Shown here piece after piece: positions 12,968 to 25,289 of a DNA stretch of 64,000 bases. A program made the position numbers and the translations under genes. The stretch covers positions 108,996,001-109,060,000 of the forward strand of contig OX597818.1 in assembly GCA_951406725.2 (NCBI GenBank), read 5' to 3'. The stretch is from Octopus vulgaris (lineage: Eukaryota). Each line of letters begins with the position of its first letter. Positions within the stretch are counted from its first letter, which is position 1. The notes under the pieces are model-generated. The model had not been told where the DNA came from, searched no databases, and saw nothing but the letters and a program-made list of their open reading frames with translations.

Positions 12968-13028
12968 GATAGTAGAGTGAGATTTGAAAGAGTCTTGTCT
13001 GCTATTCCTAGCAAGTGATAACATAGAG

Positions 13029-13204
13029 CAGTGGCTCTCAACCAGGGTGCACACAAGATTTTGTTGTTAAAATTTATGTGCAATAAATTGGTTATATTTC
13101 TACAATGCACAGGATTTTTTAAAACACTGATTGGCTGTGGAGGTCCAGTAGAGTAAAATGGGAATGAAAGGGGCCTACAAGCTAAAAGTGGTTGAGAACC
13201 ACTG
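13029..13204. mobile_element. hAT (Charlie/MER5-like) MITE
   Basis: TIRs cagtggctctcaacc / ggttgagaaccactg. Same family at 62711-62954. Confidence 0.75.
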
Positions 13205-13254
13205 ATGAAGAGGTTCCTTTATTGCTTTCAAACAATCCTTTGCATTTACATACC

Positions 13255-13483
13255 AATTTATTTACTACCCACAAGGGGCTAAAAACAGAGAGGACAAACA
13301 AGGACAGACAAATGGATTAAGTCGATTATATCGACCCCAGTGCGTAACTGGTACTTATTTAACCAACCCTGAAAGGATGAAAGGAAAAGTCGACCTCAGT
13401 AGAATTTGAACTCAGAACGTCGCGGCAGACGAAATACGGCTATGCATTTCGCCTGGTGTGCTAATGTTTCTGCCAGCTCACCC
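13255..13483 (-). mobile_element. SINE family B, full length with TSD
   Basis: Reverse complement of 12737-12967. Imperfect TSD cctttgcatttacatacc (13237-13254) / cctttgtattttcatacc (13484-13501). Confidence 0.88.
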
Positions 13484-14070
13484 CCTTTGTATTTTCATAC
13501 CCTGCTTTAAAAATCACTTCAGCTGTATATTAAAACAAGCATTTAAAGAACAAGACAAAAAGTTTGGATACCAAAGTCTAAAGCCATGAGAGTTGGCCAA
13601 GTTGGCTGCTCTGATATCCAACAAGGTTTTTAATTGATTTCTCAAAATCTTCCTCAACTGGAAATTGATATCAGTAATAGTACTTGTTACTCCTACTGTT
13701 GTTATCTGATTGAATCTGAACTGGAATTTTAAAGTCAACAGTGTTAAATCATAAAAAGTAAGGTAAGTGACTCACACTAGAAGCTTAGACTATGGCAAAA
13801 ACAGAAAACAACTTTAATTCCATTCTGCACCAGACACTGAACATTATTATTCATCTATCTGCTGTCTGGCTGATATCACAATGACATGTTGTACATAATT
13901 AACAAGAAAAGAAAGAAAGAAAATATATTCTGCTAAAGTGATAGCTTGCCATGAAACCTTTAAATTAAATTTGGTGCTCAACATGAGACTTCTAGAGAAT
14001 GACAGGTACCTCTCGCAAAGTTACAAAACGTTCATGTCATTAAAATAAGTAATGCACACACACACACGCG

Positions 14071-14101
<31 letters not shown>

Positions 14102-15507
14102 GTGCACTCAAGACACACACATTGATTGTTGATTGATTGATTGCTACGTAACCAAATGTCATGCTGTCAGATAGCTTATGGAACCCAAAAGTAAACTTAC
14201 AAAGAATATTTCCGAAGGAAGTACAGCACCAATGTAAAGCTATCATATCTTAAGGAAGTAAAATGGTAAAAATGCTACCAAAAATATCGACAGTTCTAAA
14301 AATATAAAATAGCAAAGTCTGGAGAATACGATATACTTTTGAAATGTATGTTAATCTCAGCATGACTCATTTCCCAATACTGTTTCCTGGAAGAACATAA
14401 ATAGAGAGCCTTAAATATTAAGATCAGTGTATTTAGTGGAATAAGAGAGAACACAAGTTCCGAAAGAAGCTGGAAATCGGTTCAGTAATTGAATTGAAGT
14501 AACTATTTGAAGCGATCAATAACTGTGTTTTTATGTTGGTTTATGGGGTATTTTAGGCAACATGACTAGTTAATTGTTTCCAAGGCTTTGCTTCATATAA
14601 AGTATACATTTTCTTTCTCCAGCAGTTCTGCTTTAGAGAGAGATATACTACAGATAAGTTCCACCAGTTAATTATTCTACCCTCAATACAGAAAACATAG
14701 ATTTATCAAAGACAAAAGCATACAAGCAGCTCAAAAATAATATTTTTGTACTTTTATTTCCCTTACTTTCTTTTTTTTTCACTAAATTTATGGTGAAAAA
14801 GATGTATTGCTTTTTATTCTACTAGGAATAAACTAAAAGGGAGAGTGCCCTGCCCCCCTTATTCATGACAACTTACAATTTTAAGAATTATATATCATGT
14901 ATTTTGTACTACTATATTTCTGCTATGAAAGAAGGTTGAAAAATGTTGTTTACAGACTCAAAGTGCTCTCATGATAATCTTTTACTAGAAGACAAATCTC
15001 TATCATAGTGGTTTTAGCCATTTGGCTGTGGTCATGTTCAGGTATTGCCACATATATAACTCTGTTAAAATCTTAAACTGTTTAAACCCAAATATTGACA
15101 AGGAAAATCGTTAATAAGAACCACAGTCTATTTAAGCCTATATTCATCACCCATCCAATCATGAAAAAGTATCAGCAGAAACTATCCAGTCTACTAACAA
15201 AAGGAAAGCTGCAAAAAGAAAATTGTTTGCAGACAAGAATATTCTGGAAAGGTTTAACAGATTTCATCCTCTGAGCAAAATTCTTATAAATGCAAGTAAA
15301 TGTAAAACCTAAATTTCCCATTTTTAAAATGAAGCACTGGATATTTACTAAAATATAAAAATTGCTTCAGAAATGGCCTCCATTTCTGAAAGTACTTTCA
15401 CATTTACTAGTTGTGGATGATAGAGTAAGAAGTCAGAAGGTTAGTTTATTTACCATTAGCAGTAAGTCTTTATTCCATTGAATCAACAACTAAAATACAG
15501 AGCCACG

Positions 15508-15866
15508 GATTGGCCCCCGTGCCGGTGGCATGTAAAAAGCACCATTCGAGTGTGATTGTTGCCAGTGTCACCTTACCGGCACATGTGCCGGTGGCACGTG
15601 AAAAACAACATTCGAGCGTGGTCATTGCCAGTACCGCCAGACTGGCTCCCATGCAGGTAGCATGTATAAAAACACCTTTTGTGCATGGTCGTTGCCAGAA
15701 CCGCCTGACTGGCCCAGGTTCCAGTGGCACATAAAAGCACCCACTACACTCTCAGAGTGGCTGGTGTTAGGAAAGGCATCCAGCTGTAGAAACTCTGCCA
15801 GATAAAGATTGAAGCCTGGTGCAGCCGTCTGGCTTGCCAATCCTCAGTCGATGATGATGATGATGA
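15508..15866 (+). mobile_element. RTE LINE 3' UTR with four tandem ~60-65 bp units
   Basis: Repeated gtgccggtggcacgtaaaaagcacc units, then ttaggaaaggcatccagctgtagaaa and a (GAT)n tail. Confidence 0.8.
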
Positions 15867-15929
15867 TTTACATTAACTACTATGAGATCACAAAAGCTTT
15901 GGAGTTAAGTGAAGTCTCATTGCAGAAAT

Positions 15930-16475
15930 GTTCACTCACATTCACCTATCCACTTTCTTCCCCTCCCACTACCCGCATCATCTCTCTTGCCCACCTTGTT
16001 GCACTTTGAGAGTTTGCTCCAGCATTCCACCACTAACTTCTTCTTACATCCATCTCAACTCCCTCATCAAGCTGAGAAAAACTGCAGTTGTGACAGATAC
16101 TGGTGTCATGTAAATGACACCCAAGCCAGTGGCACATAAAATCACCCATAGCAAGACACTTCTGCTTCCTTTTAGCATCCACTTGAAGTCACATTTTCCT
16201 TTCAAATGCTCCTCATTTAGTAACAAGAGTTTTTTCCATTCCCTCAGCCTGTGCTTCTTGTCTTGCACATTACCAGGCAACCTCACTGCACCAGTGGTAC
16301 CCCAAAGGGCATCCAGTATATTCTGTTAAGTGGTTGGTACTTAGAAGGGCATCCATCAGTAGAACCCATGCCAAAGCTGACAATGGAACCCAACATGGCC
16401 TTGTGGCTCGCTGGATCCTGTTAAACCATCAAACCCATGCCAGCATAGAAAATGGACATTAATAACAATGATGAA
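15930..16475 (+). mobile_element. Older RTE-type 3' region with pyrimidine-rich segment
   Basis: Ends tagaagggcatcc...aacccatgccagcatagaaaatggacattaa..gatga. Similar units at about 22140-22610, 35380-35880 and 46860-47330. Confidence 0.55.
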
Positions 16476-16485
16476 GTTGATAATA

Positions 16486-17817
16486 TAGAGTGGGTCATAA
16501 TGATGGGACACATTTTAAATGCTAGTATCTTGGATTATAAAAATGACATAGATCATCAAATAGATTTGTTACATAACTGATATTCAAGAGTTCAACATAT
16601 TACTGAAGATTTTACTATTTTTTACAGGTTGTTGGTGTTGGTGACCTTCATTATGCCATGGACTCCAAAAGGAATTGCATACATGGTTGAAGTATACCTC
16701 ACCAGCCAAAGATCCATCATTGCAGCCCAAACGAAATTCCAACAGCAGTTTGGAAAGTGATAGGCACCATCCTAAAATGTGATCCTGCGTGCTATTACAA
16801 ACTTCCATGAGACAGGCGATACTGAGAAGAAAAAAAACCAGGTCAACCTTGAACGTCTTGTAGTGTAGAGAACTGCCAAATTGTGGGGAACACTACTGAA
16901 CAAAGTCCTGAGAAATTCATGCACCAATTGGCTCAACAGTTGAATATTTTGCAAACCAGAGTCAGAAGGACTTTAAAACAAGACCTACACTTGCATCCAT
17001 ATAAGGTACAGCTAGTGCAGCAATTTCTTCCACCAGATAAGGTGCAAAGAAAGACTCTTAGTGATTGGTTTGTCAATACGTGCTGGGAGGAAGAGGATTT
17101 TATCCATCACTTGATCATATCAGATGAAGTTCATTTTAACCATTCTGGTTATGTTAATAAACAAGATTGCAGGTTTTGGGACAGTGAAAGTCCTCATATA
17201 ATGCATACAAAACTTTTGCACAGCCAGAGGGTTACAGTGTGGTGTGTACTGACTTATGCAGGTGTGATTGGTCCTTACTTTTTTGAGGACGAACAGGGTG
17301 CAGATGTAACGGTAACTGTTCAGTGCTACAACCATATGCTGCAGCCGTTTTTCTGAGTTACAAAGGCTTGCCCTGACACAGATGAAACAAGGTGGTTCCA
17401 CTAGTCATACAGTGTGACTGTCAATGACAACTCTTCAAGAACAATTTCCCAGACATTTCAAGATTTGGTGATACCCACTGGCCATCCAGATCACAGGATC
17501 TAACCCCAGGGGACTACTTTCTGTAGGATCACCTCAAGGATAGGGTATTCACAAGAAGGCCCCACACAGCAGTGGAACTAGAGAGACTGCAGCCATTTCA
17601 GTTGATATGCTAAGCTGCAGTGTGCTTGATATGAGAAAGCAAGCTCATGAATGTTCGCTTAGTGGTGGAGACCATCTCCAGGATGTAGTATCGAAATCTT
17701 AATAATATGTAGAACTCCTGTATATCAGTGATGTAATAAATATATTTGGCACTCTGTCATTTTTATAATCCAAGATACTAGCATCTAAAATGTGTCCCAT
17801 CATTATGGCTCACCCTG
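16486..17817 (+). mobile_element. Full-length, inactivated Tc1/mariner DNA transposon (1332 bp)
   Basis: About 125-bp imperfect TIRs (tagagtgggtcataatgatgggacacattttaaatgctagtatcttggattataaaaatgaca / tgtcatttttataatccaagatactagcatctaaaatgtgtcccatcattatggctcaccctg), TA on both sides. Confidence 0.93.
16657..17700 (+). pseudogene. Disrupted DDD transposase of the Tc1/mariner element (includes ORF 16883-17356)
   Basis: LHLHPYKVQLVQ..ISDEVHFNHSGYVNKQDCRFW..HSQRVTVWC..VIGPYFFE, and downstream WPSRSQDLTPGDYFL*DHLKDRVF. Contains stops and frameshifts. Motifs resemble the rosa/DD41D- or maT-like group. Confidence 0.85.
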
Positions 17818-19209
17818 TATACATATATATGAGGCAAAGTGGCTGAGTTCCTTTCGGAGGCAATGACCAAGACCTTTGGCATTATGTCATGAAACTGTAT
17901 TGGAAAATGGATTGGAGAAAAAAAAGAACCCCAGCTGTTTCATTATCAAACAATATTGTTTAAGAAGGATCAGTGACATTACCCAATGATGTTAAGGAGA
18001 AAATTAAAATCATTAGCAATCAATATCTAGTTTAAATTACATCTTTAAAAAAAATGGGGTACATAGATCTCAAAGATGGAATGGTCATGGTTGGAAAGCT
18101 TTTAATTATAATTCTGATTAGAGCTGATCTGGAGATAAATCACAACAAACTTAAGGACAGAAGTTACTCTAGTAATTTTAATATAGCTTACTGGATGATT
18201 GTTTTTTTATATTTTATTTCATTTATATATTCTGTAGTCTCTTCAATAACAGTTCAATAAAATACTGTGACCCCAAGACACTATTATTAAATATTGGTGA
18301 CCTTTATACAAAAACATTCATCTTGCAGGGTTATTTAACATTGACTGCCACTCCTTCTCTCCTCTCTCATGTAATATCATTAATTCTAATGATAAATGTT
18401 TTCTAGATTTTTAAATCTCTTCTAAATAAATATAAGACTGTCAAGCATAGCTCATTTAGCATTGTTTCCAGGAGTGGAAAGGTTTAACAAAACAAACACG
18501 TTCAGGCTGATATTGATAATTCTATGTCTAAATAGAATGGTAAAAAAAATATATATATACCAAGTGTGTTGTATTTGCATATGAGTAGTGAGAATGAGTA
18601 AGACAGTATTTTTATAGCATTTCTTCCGTAGCACAAAAACAGGAAGGCTGATCTCACACCATTATAAATAATATTTTTCCTGCATAAAAGTAAATGTTTT
18701 TGCACGTTACTTTCTCCCTTGTCCGGGATTCTATGGGTTTCCCCACTATTTGGTTTGATAAAGAGTTCAAAATCTTTCATGCTAACCCATAGCTCAAGAT
18801 ATCAAATTCTATCACAAGTATTATATTTGTGATTTTCATTGCTGCTTCATAAGTTAAGGGAAGTCATACCGAATGCCAAAAGCAAACAATTCTCAAAGAA
18901 TTGAAATTTTCCTGTTAGATGGCAAGAGAAAATTCAAGTGACTCTCAAAGACGAAGGGAGATAATGCCAAGAAATGAAGAATTAATTTCACTAAATTAAC
19001 ATCCATATTTAGAGGAATAACTTTGATCTTCATTTACAAGCAGTGGACAGCTTTTGGTCTTATTGGACCGCATCAAAATAGTATAGGCAACTCAAATATG
19101 CTTTGATCAGATGACAGAGTTATTCTATTTGAGATAAATTCCTTGATGAACAAGTACAATTCAGTTTTATGGTTGGGTATTGTGTTGTACAAAGGTTTTA
19201 ACAATTATC

Positions 19210-19442
19210 TATTTCTTTACTACCCACAAGGGGCTAAACACAGAGGGGACAAACAAGGACAGACAAACGGATTAAGTCAATTATATCGACCCCAGTGCAT
19301 AACTGGTACTTATTTAATCGACCCCGAAAGGATGAAAGGCAAAGTTGACCTCAGCGGAATTTGAACTCAGAACGTAGTGGCAGACGAAATACTGCTAAGC
19401 ATTTTGCCAGGCGTGCTAATGATTCCGCCAGCTCACCGCCTT
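19210..19442 (-). mobile_element. SINE family B with a perfect 19-bp TSD
   Basis: aaaggttttaacaattatc at 19191-19209 and 19443-19461. Confidence 0.92.
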
Positions 19443-19834
19443 AAAGGTTTTAACAATTATCACTGAAGAAAACATGAGAATCTGAAATATAATCAAAAGT
19501 AATAGTACACAGAAGAAGTTTGAAAAATAAAAAGAAGAGCTGGTCTTAGCATATAATAACGGAATGGAGTATCCCAAACAGATCACTGATAGAGTATCTT
19601 ATACACTATATCTTCAGATAGCAGACCTTATGGTGGAGTATAATGTAGAAAACTATTTCTTCAAGGATTCCCAGGCAAGATAAGAACTACCAAATCAAAA
19701 ATATGTTTAACTCTTTCATAAAGCGACTTCAAACAAGAATAGGCTGGTCATGATTTTAGATAAATTATCACAATAATCAAGAAATTAAAGCAGTTAAATA
19801 AAATAATTTTAACTTATTATTTATTAAGTGGCAT

Positions 19835-21260
19835 AGGTGCAAGCGTGGCAGTGTGGTAAGAAGTCTGTTTCCCAACTACATGGTTCCAGGTTTAATTCCA
19901 CTGTGTGGCATATTAGGCTGACCAAAGCCTTGTGACTGGATTTGGCAGATGGAAACTCAAAGAAGCCCATCATACATCATCATCATCATCATCATTTAGC
20001 GTCCGTTTTCCATGCTAGCATGGGTTGGACGGTTCAACTGGGGTCTGGGGAGCCCGAAGGCTGCACCAGGTCAGTCAGATCTGGCAGTGTTTCTGGATGC
20101 CCTTCCTAACGCCAACCACTCCAAGAGTGTAGTGAGTGATTTTATGTGCCACCGACACAGGTGCCAGACGAGGCTGGCGAACGGCCACGCTCGGATGGTG
20201 TTTTTATGTGCCACCGACACAGGTGCCAGATGAGGCTGGCGGACGGCCACGATCGGATGGTGTTTGTTACGTCCCCAAAGCACGGAGGCCAGTCTATGCG
20301 GTACTGGCTATGGCCACGTTCGGATGATTTTCTTGTGTGCCACCGGCACTGGTACCACAAAGATACAAATTCCATTGATGTTCATCTATTTTGATTTGTT
20401 TTGATTTGATTTTCACTTGCCTCAACAGGTCTTCACAAGTATCACAAGAAGGAAGGTATGCACAGGTGGACTGACTACGTCCCAGGTAGGGGCCACGGGT
20501 TATGGCCTGACTAGTCTTGCCGGGTCTTCTCACGCACAGCATACTTCCATAGGTCTCGGTCTCTAGACATTTCCTTAGTGAGACCTAAAGTTCGAAGGTC
20601 GTGCTTCACCACCTCGTCCCAGGTTTTCCTGGGTCTACCTCTTCCACAGGTTCCCTCAACTGCTACGGTGTAGCACTTTTGCACACAACTATCTTCAGCC
20701 TTTCTCGTCACATGACCATACCAGCGCAGCCGTCTCTCTTGCACACCACAACTGACGCTTCTTAGGTTCAACTTTTCTCTCAAGGAACTTACACTCTGAC
20801 GATTATGAACACTGACATTACACATCCATCGGAGCATACTGGCTTCATTTCTTGCGAGCTTACGCATATCCTCAGCAGTCACGGCCCATGTTTCACTACC
20901 ATGTAGCATGGCTGTACGTACACATGCATCATACAGTCTGCCTTTTACTCTGAGCGAGAGGCCTTTTGTCACCAGCAGGGGTAAGAGCTCTCTAAACTTT
21001 GCCCAGGCTATTATATATGTGCGTGTGTGTGTATATATATATATATGTTTTTGTATCTTAGGTTCATTCTCCACTGCCGCTTGACAACCAGTGTTGGTGT
21101 GTTTACGTCCCAGTAACTTACCAGTTTGGTTAAAGAGACTGACAGAATAAGTACCAGGCTTTAAAAAATTAAGTACTGAGATTAATTTGTTGGACTAAAA
21201 ATTCTTCAAGGTGGAGCCCTAGCATGGCCACAATCCAATGACTGAAACAAGTCAAAGACA
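19835..21260 (+). mobile_element. SINE family A split by a nested RTE LINE (5' half about 19835-19974, 3' half about 21012-21260)
   Basis: Head gcgtggcagtgtggtaagaag...gaaactcaaagaagcccatc, resuming after the insert with gcttgacaaccagtgttggtgtgtttacgtcc...gactgaaacaag. Confidence 0.85.
19975..21010 (-). mobile_element. 5'-truncated RTE-clade LINE (ORF C-terminus 20511-21010, 3' UTR, (GAT)n tail)
   Basis: AWAKFRELLPLLVTKGLSLRVKGRLYDACVRTAMLHGSETW...RRLRWYGHV...GRGRPRKTW is the typical RTE C-terminal domain. The stop-free frame suggests a young copy. Confidence 0.92.
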
Positions 21261-22759
21261 CTATTTATGGGCTGTGAGGTATAGCTGTGAGGTTACAAAG
21301 TTTGCAGCCAATTGTTCCAGGTTCAATTCTGTTTCATGACATACTGGGCGAATGTTGACTACCGTAGTTTTGGACTGATGAAAGCTTTGTCAGTGAAATT
21401 TGACAGATGGAAACTGTAGAGGAGAAGCTAGTGAGATGATTGCCTTTTGAAGCATTGCATTCATATTTCCCAGCTTCAGACCACAGCTGCCACATAACAC
21501 ATTAAGCTCACCTAATTGTCAGTCAGTCAATTCATTGGTGAGCTGAAATATTCCTGCCAAATGGTTTATAGAACATTCTGGAACACTCTGCTGATGGTAT
21601 AGAAAAAGATATGGAAATTCAACAAAAAAATAGAGCTATCACATTCTACAGGAAATCAAGAGGGAGAGGCTTTCTCCATGTGATGGCTTCTCAATTATTC
21701 CTTCTTCAAAATTTGATAATGGCTGAACACATCACACGGAATTATGTTGATAAATTTCAAAAACGTTGTTCTTATTTCCTGAAATTAATCTTTCCTCACT
21801 TTTCCTATGAATTGTTGTACATTGACCAAATATTCATTTATTTGTTAATCCTGAAATGCCATTGCTCAGCTAACTGCTGAAAAAATGTATATATTATGTT
21901 TCTGATGAAGTAAACTCACCCCCCCCCTTGTCATCATCATCATTTAACATCTGTTTTCCATGCTGGCATAGGTTCAACAGAATGAACAAGTATATTCAAT
22001 TCAGTCAGTCTGATTCTCTGTATTGAACACACAGCACATAAATGTTGTTTGTTGTTGGTTATTCACTAATTTCACCCAAACCACACTCAAAGACTATCGT
22101 GCGTGTGTGTGTGTGCGCGCGTGTCTTTTCATACATACATGCTACTTCTACCCCACCTTCCCTCCTCTTCTTCTGTCCCCAGGACTCACCATGATGCCTT
22201 GTCCCCACCATCTTTATATCTCTTTCCAGCTCCTCAATGATTACTCCCACCCACTCTTGTACAATGAGAACAGCCATGAACCTCCTTCACACCAAGAAGC
22301 CTGTTCCAAAGAGAGACATTTTCCTTCATATTCTAACCTTTCATCACCTAGCATGAAGTTATCTTCCTTTCTACTGGAGCTCCAGCTGATGATGCTCTTA
22401 GTCTTGCAAGCTACAGGGCAACCCCACTAGTGCTGGTGTCACACACAATAAAAAACAAAAAAAAAACATTCAGTATATTCTTGTTCGTGTTAGAAAGGGC
22501 ATCCAGCCATAGAAACCAAGACAAAACAGATACTGAAACACTTCTGAGCCATTGGATCTTTTCAAACTGCCAAACTACACCAGCTTGGAAGATAGATGTG
22601 AAAAGATGATGTGTGAGAGAGAGAAGGAGGAGAGAGTGAGAGAGAGACTAGTTATCCTTTTTTAGTGTCCATCCTCCATACTGGCATCGGCTTGATGGTA
22701 TCACAGGACCCAGTGACCAGGAGCATTGTGTCAAACATCAAACTCCAGCATGTAATTAG

Positions 22760-22799
<40 letters not shown>

Positions 22800-22800
<1 letters not shown>

Positions 22801-23032
22801 GACATAGGGCCGTGATGTTTAATGCCTTGCTGTCCTCAAGAAAACCTGTCCACCACACCAAAATTGATAGTGGTGCCACATAAAAAGCTTTCAGTACACT
22901 CAGTAAAATGGTTGGTGTTTGGAAGGGCTTCCAGTTATAGAAACCATGCCAGAACAATTGAGTCTGGTGCAAACCTCAGCCATACCAGCTCCCGTTAAAC
23001 TGTCCAACCCATGCCAGACATTAAATGATGAT
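22800..23032 (+). mobile_element. RTE 3' UTR fragment between (TA)n tracts
   Basis: ggtgccacataaaaagc...ggaagggcttccagttatagaaaccatgcc...ccaacccatgccag..taaatgatgat. Confidence 0.65.
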
Positions 23033-23189
23033 ACATATATATATATATATATATATATAAAGTCAAAATGAGGGTGGAAAAATTGGATATTAATTTAATA
23101 TTTTCTTGAGAACAATTCTTAGTGGTTGAGTCCCTTGCGGATCTATATCTAGCGTAAGAGCATCCATATAGTGGATTCTCTCTCATAGC

Positions 23190-23227
<38 letters not shown>

Positions 23228-24327
23228 CATACACACACACATGCACACACATACATACATACATACATCTGAGGGGCTACTGTGAAGTTTCTGGCTTTGG
23301 GTAAAAGAACAGCAACAAAAACCACTGACAAATAACAGAAAACCAAACCATAATAGAATAATACTAAGATGGTGTTTAGAACTTAATTTAGAAGTTTTCT
23401 TTGGTGAAATTTTTCTCCACTGAACTTTCATTACTATTCATGTTACAAGATTTCAGTTGGGATGCAAATTTCAAAATGAACACTTAAATATGCATTATTT
23501 GAGGTAAGGTCGTAATATGAGATCAAGGGTGACCTTAGGTGAAGTGGCAGAAAGAGGAGAAGTTCATAGACAGCTATGTTACTATGTTAGTTAAACAACA
23601 AATATAGCTGAAAAACTGAAGACAAGCGAAATAGATGTGCTAGTGAAATGCAGGGGGGAAAAAGTTCACCATTAGCTGAATTTTAAAAATATAAATTTAC
23701 ATATTAAAATTTACAAACACCAACATATTCATGAGGTGTGTGTGTGAGAGAGAGACAGAAGGAAAATGTGGCACAGAGAGTTACCAAAGATACAGAAAAC
23801 AGGAAAAACACACAAGGGATGTGGTGTACTAAGTATGTTTTGTTTCAATGCCACTGTGACTTGCAGATTATATTCAAACAGTTTAACCAATAGTGGAGAG
23901 TGCAGATGTAAAAGCTTTGGGCACATACACAATACATTTATGGACAGAAGAAAAGAGAGGGAACCACAGGACCCGTAAAGTCACCAAGTACCTGGCAAGA
24001 CAAGATACCTCAGCTGAGTGTATAGAATTAACCCTGTTATGCAGTGTTATAGCCATAGGGGACGAGTAGCTGAAATGTCATCTCTACTGGACTCCTAGTA
24101 AAGCAGTAATGAACAACAGATGAAGGAAAAGATAAAATACTAAAAAAACAGACAACTGATCCACCATGTTGCATCTTTGTAGTCGAATGTGTTTATGATT
24201 CATTGTTTATGGTGTCCTCCAAAACTGTTCTTTACTTATTTTTAACAGGAGAAAACCCTGATTTTGGTGATGTAACAAGCATGTGATGGGCCCAGCATTT
24301 CATCTTGTAAAAGAGCAAGGCTTAGAC

Positions 24328-24427
24328 CAGTGGTTCCCAAACTGGTGTCCGTGGATCTCTGGTGGTCTGCAAAGGTAGTACTGGGGAGTCTATGAACTAA
24401 ATTCAAAATTTCATATATATCATCATC

Positions 24428-24481
<54 letters not shown>

Positions 24482-24565
24482 CGCATAAGAATAAGCATAT
24501 TAAAAGGGGTCCATGGGAAAACTCATTTAAATAAAAGGGTTGGGAACCACAGATGGGAACCACTG
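24328..24565. mobile_element. hAT MITE with 8-bp TSD and internal (TA)n
   Basis: TIRs cagtggttcccaa / tgggaaccactg. TSD gcttagac (24320-24327) / gtttagac (24566-24573). Confidence 0.85.
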
Positions 24566-25289
24566 GTTTAGACTCTTTGACGCTGAGGAAATTATTGATG
24601 ATATTTATTGTTCGGATTGAAGAGTTTACACTTTTGAGGCAATGAGTGTGATTCGGCTAATGAAACTGGTGAAAGAGATGAGGAAAGTAGTCAGTTGGGT
24701 GAACAAATACAGTAGATGAGGGACAGAGGCCTGTTATTGTTACTCTCCTGATCCTTTTTTTTTCTGATTCCGTCCATTAGTTTTCCTGCAATTGCTACTC
24801 TTGAGCTGTGAATGGAACCACTTATTCTATTGCTGAGCAGACCAGGTGGAGGGTAAAGTTAGATACAGGGGACCAGGTCTGAGAAGACTAAGGGATATGA
24901 AACCATGATCGCACAAGAGCAAGTGTCTTGCTCAAGAGATGAACAGATGGGTTCCCTATCTCAAAAGAAAGAGAGAGAAATGTGAGATCAAGGTACAAGG
25001 TGAATAAAAGAGACAGAAATAGGAGAGAGGGATAGAATATGTGGATGTACAAGTAAGGGCAAGAGAGGGGGAATAGTGTGACAAATGATTAAAGATAGAG
25101 ATTAAACTGGATGCAGTGAATATCAGTTTGGGGAGGGGGAAATGAATACAAATATATTCTGTATTCTAAGCTATTCAAATTACATCTTCTTAAGGCCATA
25201 TTGGTGCATATTAGTATTTAATCTTTTGGGAATCCATCCTTTTATTTAAAATTTCCTCTCTTCAACAGCTTTAAAACTTCCAGTCAATG

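Noticed and set aside
21566-21586. Minus-strand VFQNVL resembling the MASTL VFQNIL motif
   Set aside because: Immediately followed by a stop and not preceded by DWW/PPFNDETP. Chance match.
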